DNA from: Pseudomonadota bacterium
Lineage (GTDB): Bacteria; Bdellovibrionota_B; Oligoflexia; Oligoflexales; CAIMVM01
Assembly (NCBI GenBank): GCA_037142195.1
Contig: JBAXBA010000037.1
Span: 1-32,171 of the forward strand
DNA length: 32,171 nucleotides
Direction: 5' to 3'
The notes beneath the pieces were generated by a model. The model saw only the letters and a list, made by a program, of their open reading frames with translations. It was not told the DNA's origin and made no database searches. A program made the position numbers and the translations under genes. This document shows positions 8,260-16,319 of the stretch, in pieces. Numbering within the stretch: the stretch's first letter is position 1; every line of letters starts with the position of its first letter.

Positions 8260-8397
8260 AGGCAATTGCCTCCCTAGGGGGGGGAGGTGCAATTTTATGG
8301 CCGTTCTGTTAGTATAATAGCGTCGGACAGTTAGGGCTTATTCCCCCCCCCTGATTCCGATCCAAGTGTACAAAATGTTGACACAGATGGAGTTTCG

Positions 8398-8886
8398 ATG
8401 CGATTTACTTGGCAAACCAAAGCGATGGAAGGCTCTCAATATGAAATTTCATTTCAGGGCCAAATCAATGAAAAATCTAACCTAGAAGACTTATATGCAG
8501 AGATTTCTTCCAGACCAAACACAAAGAACTATATTAATCTTGAAGGTGTTGAAACCATAAATAGTTCCGGAGTAGCGAAGTGGATTGAGCTTATCGGTAA
8601 GTTAGAAGAACAAAATCTAATTATAGAGTTTGTACACTGCCCAATTGGAATAGTTCAACAAATGAACATGGTCCCCCAATTTAAAGGTAAGTATCATGTA
8701 AGTTCAGCCTTTGCTCCCTACTATTGTGCAAAGTGCGACAAAGAACATGATGTAGAGATTGAAATCCCCAAAGGGGCCACCTCAAGCACGGTCCAAGTCA
8801 AGGAAAGCATGCCTTGCAAGGTTTGCGATTCCACCATGATTTTCGATGATGTCCTTGATGAATTCTTGAGTTTTCTTGACTCTTAA
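8398..8886 (+). CDS. STAS-like (anti-anti-sigma) domain fused to C-terminal CxxC..CxxC zinc ribbon
   Basis: FQGQINE, INLEGVETINSSGV (STAS DSSG-like motif), CAKC and CKVC; GGAG RBS. Confidence 0.75.
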   Translation: MRFTWQTKAMEGSQYEISFQGQINEKSNLEDLYAEISSRPNTKNYINLEGVETINSSGVAKWIELIGKLEEQNLIIEFVHCPIGIVQQMNMVPQFKGKYHVSSAFAPYYCAKCDKEHDVEIEIPKGATSSTVQVKESMPCKVCDSTMIFDDVLDEFLSFLDS

Positions 8887-8901
8887 TCCACCAAGGACTT
8901 C

Positions 8902-11463
8902 TTACCCGTGAAATGAGCTTTGGAGATATTGCCCCGTCCGCGAATTCCTACTTTTCTTTAAACCAGCCACTTCACCCTGATAGACTACATCCCCCCCTGC
9001 ACTTGCTGCCCCTGGCCCCATATCGACCACCCAATCCGCTTTATAAATCACTTCCGGATTATGCTCGATCATGATGATAGTTGTCCCCAAATCTACAAGT
9101 TGCCCTAGGGAATCCATGAGCTTTGCAACATCGGAGAAATGCAAACCTCGAGTAGGTTCGTCCAGTATCAATATGGTTTTTTCACCAAACTCCTTGGATA
9201 AAATAGGAACGAGTTTCAGCCTCTGTGCCTCACCCCCAGAAAGAGAAGCGGAGGTTTGACCAAGTTTAAGGTAGCCAAGACCCAAATCAATCGCAGGTTT
9301 TAAAGCCTTGGTGATATGGCGGTGGTGAGCGAAAAGCTCTCCTACTTCCGCTAGAGTGAGATCGAGAACTTGCGATAGGGAATGGCCGTTATATTTGATT
9401 TCAAGGAGGCTTTCTTTATAGCGCTTCCCTGAACACACCGGACAACGCTCTCTGGCATCTGCTAGAAAGCGCATAGATAGCACCACCTCTCCGCGACCCT
9501 TGCATTCCTCACAACGCCCACCAGCCGACATCAAACTGAAATCTTTGACATCCAATCCAGCTAACTGAGCTTCGGGAAGCTTGGCATAAACACCTCGAAG
9601 ATAGGTCATTAAATCGAGATATGTGACCGGCATGGAAACTGAACTTTTTCCAACGGGACTCCTATCAACAACCCTTAGATTTTGAAACGACTCAAGTCCT
9701 GATATCGAGCTACAATTTACAAAGTCTGGAGCGGCTTCTCTTGCCTTAAGTGCTGCAAAAATGGACTCCAAATTAGGAACTAAACAACCAAAAACTAAAC
9801 TGGATTTTCCGGATCCTGAGACACCAGTAACCACATTAAGAGCATTCTTGGCAAAGCGGACATGGATCTGCTTAAGGTTGTTATATTGAGCTTTCTCAAC
9901 AGAAATAAAACCCTTAGCTGGCCTTGCTTTTTTGGGGCGAAGCGTTTGTAAGTCATCCAAATGCTTTGCTGTTAAACTACTATTCGAAAATCTTTGGGCA
10001 TCTCTCGGATCAAATTGGGCCTGTAAAAAGCCTCCTAAAGCCCCGCCCCCTGGACCTAGATCGATCACCCAATCGGACTTCCTAATCATGAACTCATCAT
10101 GATCCACAATAAGTATGGTATTACCAAGATGTCTGAGTCTATCGATATTAAGCCAAAGGGATTCCAGTTCAGAAGGGTGAAGACCTTGACTGGGTTCGTC
10201 TAGAACGTAAAGCACCCCCCTTAGAGACTCACTTAAAATGCCTGCAAGCCTAAGTCTTTGGGACTCGCCTCCTGATAAAGTTAGCACCCGACGACCCAAA
10301 CTGAGATACCCTAAGCCCACATCGATAATTTTTTGCAATCCATCAGCTATTTTCTCATAGACTCTCAAAAAAGCTGGATTTTCAGAACTTCCCAAATGGG
10401 CCGCGGATTTCACGAAAGTATGGAGGTCGAGGATCGACATCTGCATGAGGCTTCGCATAGTCTCTTGATGAAAAGTGATGGCGTCATATTTGGGATTAAG
10501 GCCGGTACCCGAGCAGACCTTGCAGTGGTCACTCTGACCCGCATCGACTGTGGCAAGTTGGGACTCGTCTTCAAAATCGTAGAGATCCGGTTCTAACCCA
10601 AAACCAAAACAATGGGAACAACGGCCGACGGAATTTGCAGAAAAGTAACGAGAATCCAATTTAGGCCATGAAAAGCCACAGCTGGGACATCCATCTTTTC
10701 TTGACGCAGATCCGCCTTTTTCTAAATGAATATTTCCAAGTTTGTCGGAAACATAGTATTCCGCATAGCCATCAGAAATCTCCTGAGCTCTTTCAATAGC
10801 CTGTTCTAAGCGTTGTAATTTAGCCTCAGAAACCTTGACATAATCAATCACCACTTTAATCGTGTGCTTAACCTCTTTTTCCAGTTTGGGAGGGGTTTCA
10901 ATATCCAGGATCTTTCCATCAACATAAGCTTTGGTAAATCCTGATTCAAAGGCCAAAGTGAACTCTTTCTTAAAAATACCTTTCTTGTTCTCTGCGATAG
11001 GACTGGTAATCGCCAAAACTTGTCCTTCGAACTTCATGAGAATATGCCTCACCACTTCTGAGCGGCTCATTACAGTAGTTTTAAGTCGGTGAGTCGGGCA
11101 GTACTTGTCCGAAAAATTTGCGAATACAACTCCAAAAAGCTCTGAAATGTCTGTCAAGGTGCCAACAGAGGCGCGTCTCGAAGGTTTGGTTTCATTCTGT
11201 TCTAAGGCGATCGCAGGGGAAAGTCCTGATATTTTTCTCACTCTGGGCCGAGTGCCTAGATCCAAAAACTGGCGTGAATAATTGGATAGAGTATAAAAAA
11301 AACGGCGGTGACATTCGGCCAATATCGTATCAAATGCCAAGGAACTTTTACCCGACCCTGAAACACCCGTTACAACCGTAATTTTCCCTCGGGGCACAAC
11401 GATATCTATATTCTTCAGATTGTGCTCACTGGCACCTGAAACTCTAATCTCACTTACTTCCAT
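8902..11463 (-). CDS. uvrA: Excinuclease ABC subunit A-like protein (short, 853 aa)
   Basis: Two NBDs (GVSGSGKSSL twice; LSGGESQR and LSGGEAQR; LDEP twice), HNLKNIDI, zinc-finger Cys clusters, DLGPGGG..GG. Confidence 0.93.
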   Translation of the reverse strand: MEVSEIRVSGASEHNLKNIDIVVPRGKITVVTGVSGSGKSSLAFDTILAECHRRFFYTLSNYSRQFLDLGTRPRVRKISGLSPAIALEQNETKPSRRASVGTLTDISELFGVVFANFSDKYCPTHRLKTTVMSRSEVVRHILMKFEGQVLAITSPIAENKKGIFKKEFTLAFESGFTKAYVDGKILDIETPPKLEKEVKHTIKVVIDYVKVSEAKLQRLEQAIERAQEISDGYAEYYVSDKLGNIHLEKGGSASRKDGCPSCGFSWPKLDSRYFSANSVGRCSHCFGFGLEPDLYDFEDESQLATVDAGQSDHCKVCSGTGLNPKYDAITFHQETMRSLMQMSILDLHTFVKSAAHLGSSENPAFLRVYEKIADGLQKIIDVGLGYLSLGRRVLTLSGGESQRLRLAGILSESLRGVLYVLDEPSQGLHPSELESLWLNIDRLRHLGNTILIVDHDEFMIRKSDWVIDLGPGGGALGGFLQAQFDPRDAQRFSNSSLTAKHLDDLQTLRPKKARPAKGFISVEKAQYNNLKQIHVRFAKNALNVVTGVSGSGKSSLVFGCLVPNLESIFAALKAREAAPDFVNCSSISGLESFQNLRVVDRSPVGKSSVSMPVTYLDLMTYLRGVYAKLPEAQLAGLDVKDFSLMSAGGRCEECKGRGEVVLSMRFLADARERCPVCSGKRYKESLLEIKYNGHSLSQVLDLTLAEVGELFAHHRHITKALKPAIDLGLGYLKLGQTSASLSGGEAQRLKLVPILSKEFGEKTILILDEPTRGLHFSDVAKLMDSLGQLVDLGTTIIMIEHNPEVIYKADWVVDMGPGAASAGGDVVYQGEVAGLKKSRNSRTGQYLQSSFHG

Positions 11464-12470
11464 AAATCCTCTTTTCCAAATAGACTCTTTTCCAGGTAGC
11501 CAACGGCCGAAGCCATGGCATTTTCAAAACTCTTAAAGGAAGCTTCAGAGCTTAAAATCAAGTCTGATGCTGGGCCATGGTCAGGTGAAACCCGCAAAAA
11601 TGGCAGTCCGGCACTGATATTGATGGCTTCATCAAAATAGACCGTTTTCATGGGAGTGAGTCCTTGATCGTGATACATCGCAAGTACCCCATCAAAACGT
11701 CCTTTTAAGGCAAAGTGAAAAACAGTGTCGGCTGAAATAGGCCCGGTCAATGTCGCTGGACCTTTATAGCTCTTAATAAACGCTTCAATTACAGTTCTAT
11801 CTTCACTACCAAAAAGCCCTTGATCGCCAGCGTGGGGATTAAGACCGCAAATAGCTAAGCGAGGCTTTGAAATGCCATAAATTTCTTGTAACGCCTGGGT
11901 GAACTTCGCAACTTTATCCTGGAGCAAGGAAACTGTGATATGGGACGGCACTTCGGAAAGTGCCATATGGTTTGTGGCTAGGCCTACCTTCAACTTAGGA
12001 CCGGATAACAGCATCAGCGCATCAGTGCCCCAAAGCTCTGAAAAATACTCAGTTTGACCTCGAAAGTGCTTCCAAGTTAAAGAAACAATATTTTTGTCCA
12101 CTGGCCCTGTCACGACCGCCATGTTAGTTTGATGTTTAGGTACAGCTGAAAGTGCTGCAACACTTTGCCTAGACCGCTCCTCTTCGGACAAAGATTCATA
12201 AGAAACCTCAGCACCTCCCAGGTCTAAAAACCACAACCCATTGGCTTGAGGAAGCTCTTGAATCACTTTCATTTCCAAATAACTTTCCCCATCCTGGGCA
12301 CTAGAAAGCAAACCTTTGCTCCGAAGGATTTGAAGTTGATCCTGCCACTGAAAATAGGAACCTACGATAACCACCGGCATCAAATTTTGAAGCTTCTTAG
12401 TGACATGAAGCGTCTGAACTACCCCTCTTATGTTTATCGAGAAAGGATCCCCTAAAGTAATTAGGAGCAT
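11454..12470 (-). CDS. pdxA: 4-hydroxythreonine-4-phosphate dehydrogenase PdxA family
   Basis: ITLGDP, TGPVDK, ATNH, GLNPHAGD, AMYHDQGL, GLPFLRVSPDHG. Confidence 0.92.
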   Translation of the reverse strand: MLLITLGDPFSINIRGVVQTLHVTKKLQNLMPVVIVGSYFQWQDQLQILRSKGLLSSAQDGESYLEMKVIQELPQANGLWFLDLGGAEVSYESLSEEERSRQSVAALSAVPKHQTNMAVVTGPVDKNIVSLTWKHFRGQTEYFSELWGTDALMLLSGPKLKVGLATNHMALSEVPSHITVSLLQDKVAKFTQALQEIYGISKPRLAICGLNPHAGDQGLFGSEDRTVIEAFIKSYKGPATLTGPISADTVFHFALKGRFDGVLAMYHDQGLTPMKTVYFDEAINISAGLPFLRVSPDHGPASDLILSSEASFKSFENAMASAVGYLEKSLFGKEDLWK

Positions 12471-12862
12471 GGCGCCACCGATGAATGACGAGATCCCCCG
12501 CCAGATAAAAAGGTTTCGTGAATGCGAATCCTACCACCTTTTGCCATGCCCCCTGGAAGAACTGGTTTTTCAATGGTAACGTCGAGCTTTTCCACCTGTA
12601 AAAACTGCCCCATTAACGACTGGCCTACTGCTATAACAGCAGATTCAATCAGTTTAAATTCGCGATCTTTCAACGCGGTATCTAAAGTTCTTATAATGTC
12701 TCCGTAGTCGAGTGTTTTTCTAAGATCGTCACCTAATGCTATCTCCGACTCCATCCGGATTTCAGCAAATACTGTTACCAGGACTTCTTGGCCGTGAAGT
12801 CGTTCTTCCCGAAAACAACCTATTCTCATAAAAACGGGATATTCTATAATTTCAATATGCAT
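12461..12862 (-). CDS. folB: Dihydroneopterin aldolase
   Basis: IGCFREER..GQ, DDLRKTLDY, FKLIES, VTIEKP. Confidence 0.9.
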   Translation of the reverse strand: MHIEIIEYPVFMRIGCFREERLHGQEVLVTVFAEIRMESEIALGDDLRKTLDYGDIIRTLDTALKDREFKLIESAVIAVGQSLMGQFLQVEKLDVTIEKPVLPGGMAKGGRIRIHETFLSGGGSRHSSVAPCS

Positions 12863-13421
12863 ATCTATTTCCTCTGGCCTCTTTGGTAAAAACTTTTAGG
12901 CCTGATGATTGCCCTAAAAACCCAAAACAGCCGCGCCGGTAGATTATCGTTCTCAGTCAAAAATTGCTACACTCTAAAGGTATGAAGAGGGACAGCGAAT
13001 GTATAACGGCTGGCTGATGGAATTCATATTCCTGGTTTCGCATCCCTGCCCTTTCATTCCTGGGACCCAAAAAAAATGCCATTTTCTGCCTTTCCCTCAT
13101 CTTTACTCCTTACTCTGCCTCCTTCCGAGATGGAACATTTCACTTCAATATTTCTAATGAGTTAGCGAGTTATCTCGACTTAAATCGAAGAAGACATCCT
13201 GCGGGGAGGGTATAAAATGGAAATAAAATGCCCACAAATCTTCTGATCTTGCATCTCAATGATGGGCCCTGATGGAGCTACGCTCAGCCGAAATGGTTAA
13301 AAATTAAAGTATTACAAACTAAACCCGACACCTTTTTGCCCGTTTTTAAACCACTTCAAGCCGCCATCTTAAACGGGCTACGATGAGTGGCAAAGCCTAA
13401 GCAGGAAAGGAACTTTCACAC

Positions 13422-14087
13422 ATGAAATACCATAGCTTTATTTTGACTCTCCTTTTGAGCTTGGCCTGCACTCCATTAGGTAAAAGATCACACTCTCCCA
13501 AAGGCCCCGAAGCTGCGAAAACCGAACCTATAACGGGAGATTTAAACCAGAACGTCCAAAGTTCTATGGAGCCTTATTTAGGGATTTGGTCTTATCCTTG
13601 TGAACCTGACACAAAAAATTCCATTTCATCCAAGAGTTCTTTGCAAATCACCCGCGAAAAATGGGATTTTGTAACCACATTCTATGGTTATAAAGCAGAT
13701 TGTACAGGGCCTATTCCTTACGCTTTCACCTCTACATTTTCTGCCCGCATTGAGGGTCCCTCAAATAAAATAGCTGGTGTCACAGATTTCAATGCAACTT
13801 TTGTTTCATACTCCGCGACGCCTCTCCTTCCTTTGGGTATGGAAACGCTACAAAAGAAATACCCTCAATTCACATGGACCCTCTTCAAAGCGACGACTGT
13901 AGATAAGTCGCTCTTTGGCAACAATCCATTGTCGCCGGGGGATATCCGTTATGCGTTCATGAAAATCGTCGAAGATCGGCTCTGCTTTGGTGAGACCAAG
14001 ACTCAATTTGGCGAGTCTAAAGAAACCCGCGGAGACAAACTCGAAGACAAAGAGACGTGCAGCAAAAAATCCGATCGTTTGAATTGA
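13422..14087 (+). CDS. Putative lipoprotein of unknown function
   Basis: MKYHSFILTLLLSLAC lipobox, low-complexity linker, beta-rich domain beginning LGIWSYPC; AAGGA RBS. Confidence 0.8.
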   Translation: MKYHSFILTLLLSLACTPLGKRSHSPKGPEAAKTEPITGDLNQNVQSSMEPYLGIWSYPCEPDTKNSISSKSSLQITREKWDFVTTFYGYKADCTGPIPYAFTSTFSARIEGPSNKIAGVTDFNATFVSYSATPLLPLGMETLQKKYPQFTWTLFKATTVDKSLFGNNPLSPGDIRYAFMKIVEDRLCFGETKTQFGESKETRGDKLEDKETCSKKSDRLN

Positions 14088-14508
14088 TTTCAAAGTACTG
14101 CAGATACCGCCAATGTGGAACTTAAATTGGGAATTTGGTCCAGAGGGGTCGGAACAGTTATTCTAGGATATTTCCTATCTAGAGGCCGAAAGGAACTATT
14201 TTTGGGCCATGGTGTCACCGATTGTTCAACTTTTTTGTGTTTTAGAGACAAAACTTCGATGGAACCCATGATGAGATAGAATTAAGTTTACATTCCGTGT
14301 AGGTTCGTCTCGTAAAAGGCCTGAAGTTTTGAAGGCGGGAGGAATGAAGTTGTAGGTTAATCTCAATAGTTCAAAAATCGACGATAGTTGATAGATGCGT
14401 AGTAGGAAATTTTGACTACCCAGGAGACTTGAAAAATGTTCGTTTATGAGGAAATCAGAAAACTTAAATTTCATTTTAAATCTTTGTTGACGGTGAGATT
14501 TTAGCCCC

Positions 14509-14967
14509 ATGTATCACTATTTGATCGCATTCGGCGCCAGCGAGGGAAACCGCTCTGAGAATATTCAAGAGGCACTGGCAAAAATTCAGGCTTTAGGGAC
14601 TATGGAGGCATTGTCACAAATCATATCTACGCCGCCCTATGGCGGTGTAGCGCAAGGTGAGTTTTTAAACGGAGCCCTGATTCTATCTTCGGACCTCTCG
14701 CCGGAAACTCTCATGACTAGGCTTCTTGGTATCGAAGCAGAGCTGGGTAGGGAGCGAATGAGGAAGTGGTCGGATAGACCCATAGACCTAGATTTAATCT
14801 TAGAAAAGTCAGGACTCATCTGGAATTCAAACCTTTTGACCCTTCCCCACCCTGAATTTCACAAACGAAGCTTTGTGCTCATTCCAGCTGGGGAAATTGC
14901 ACCCGATTGGATTCACCCCGTACTTAACCGCACAGTTTTAGAAATATGGGGATCACTCGAGGTTTAA
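14509..14967 (+). CDS. folK: 2-amino-4-hydroxy-6-hydroxymethyldihydropteridine diphosphokinase
   Basis: IAFGASEGNR, TPPYG..Q..FLN, IEAELGRER..KWSDRPIDLDLI, LTLPHP..HKRSFVLIP. Confidence 0.95.
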   Translation: MYHYLIAFGASEGNRSENIQEALAKIQALGTMEALSQIISTPPYGGVAQGEFLNGALILSSDLSPETLMTRLLGIEAELGRERMRKWSDRPIDLDLILEKSGLIWNSNLLTLPHPEFHKRSFVLIPAGEIAPDWIHPVLNRTVLEIWGSLEV

Positions 14968-15088
14968 ATCTTGATCGTAACATCCTATTTTTTTTGACAA
15001 TAAGTTCCTCTGTTAGGGTGGTGAAAATAAACTTAAATTAAGGTTTTCATCGATCCGAAATACCCAGGACAGCTGAAGGGAGCCCAGG

Positions 15089-16297
15089 GTGAAACCTAAC
15101 TATAGAGAAACCGCAAAGTTTGTGTCTGAAGTCTTAGGCGAGTCCTCGTCTTTAATGGTCGTGGATCCTTCCCATAACTATAGGTCCACAATTAAGAATT
15201 TTCTTCAGAAGCTTCAGGTCAAGAACATTATTCAAGTGGCGAACTTTGAAGATGCCAAACGTCTTCTTCTCACTTCAGATGTGAAGATTTTTATTATCGA
15301 GTGGATTGCCGAAGGTCAAAATGGCCTTGATTTTTGTCGCGAGCTTAGAAAATCTGCCAGATACCGCGATGTTCCCATCATTCTCGTGACGACGGAAAAC
15401 TATAGACATGACGTTGCGATTGCCTCAGAAGTAGGGATTGATCGATATCTACTAAAGCCCTTTTCCTTGGAAACCCTTTCTGATCAAATTTTTAAGGTTT
15501 TAAAATCCCAGCTATCTCCGACCACCTATGACTCCGTTCTTCAAGACGCAGCAAAGGCGCTACATGGCGGTCGTGTGGTGATTGCAGAAGAATTTTACTT
15601 AAAGGCCAGACAATTGAACCCAAGTGGCGGCAGACCAGGCCTGGGATTGGCGCGGGTAGCTCTAGCTCGAGAAGATCACAAAAAGGCGATTCAGTACTTG
15701 AGGCAGACCATTGAGGCTAACCCAAGCTTCCTAGAGGCCCATCGATTGCTCATGGATATATTCTTAGAAATAGGTGCCCACGATGGCTACTATAAACAGG
15801 CCACGATATTAAATGAACTTTCTCCAGAAAACCCTATTTATCTCGTGGCCCTTGCGGAAAAGGCGCTGGATCTGAAAGACTTTGCTGCAGCCGAAAGCTA
15901 CTATAGACGATCCGTACTCTTATCGCCGGCAATGGGGGCCGCCCATAGGGGTCTAGGAGATATAGCATTTAGTAGGGAAGAATATGATAGGGCAGAAAAA
16001 CACTACAAGAAAGCTTTAGATTTAGAGCCCCAAAACATTAGCTGCTTAAACAGTCTGGGTCTCACATTTGTGAAGGTGGGTAGGTTTAAGGAAGGCATGT
16101 CAAAATATATGGCTGCTTTAAGCATTTCACCAGAGAATCCTAAAGTACTCTTCAATCTAGGACATGCATGGGAGAAGCAAGAAAACTACGAGAAAGCAGA
16201 AGTTTACTACCAACATGCTCTTAAAGGAGATGCCGCTTACAATAAAGCACGAAAAGGTCTAGAGAGAATTCGAAAATGGTTTAAAAATAGCGCCTAA
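15089..16297 (+). CDS. Atypical response-regulator receiver domain plus TPR repeats
   Basis: REC fold motifs (VVD, NGLDFCRELR, PIILVT, YLLKPF) then multiple TPRs; GTG start with GGGAG RBS. Confidence 0.88.
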   Translation: MKPNYRETAKFVSEVLGESSSLMVVDPSHNYRSTIKNFLQKLQVKNIIQVANFEDAKRLLLTSDVKIFIIEWIAEGQNGLDFCRELRKSARYRDVPIILVTTENYRHDVAIASEVGIDRYLLKPFSLETLSDQIFKVLKSQLSPTTYDSVLQDAAKALHGGRVVIAEEFYLKARQLNPSGGRPGLGLARVALAREDHKKAIQYLRQTIEANPSFLEAHRLLMDIFLEIGAHDGYYKQATILNELSPENPIYLVALAEKALDLKDFAAAESYYRRSVLLSPAMGAAHRGLGDIAFSREEYDRAEKHYKKALDLEPQNISCLNSLGLTFVKVGRFKEGMSKYMAALSISPENPKVLFNLGHAWEKQENYEKAEVYYQHALKGDAAYNKARKGLERIRKWFKNSA

Positions 16298-16319
16298 AGA
16301 TACCGCTGCATCGCAAGAA

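Noticed and set aside
12863..13421. Riboswitch (folate, c-di-GMP) or tRNA in the long intergenic region
   Set aside because: No recognisable consensus by eye; an Infernal/Rfam search would be needed
14226..14510. 94-aa minus-strand ORF abutting folK
   Set aside because: Its start overlaps the folK start codon, no RBS or motif; likely spurious, though not excluded
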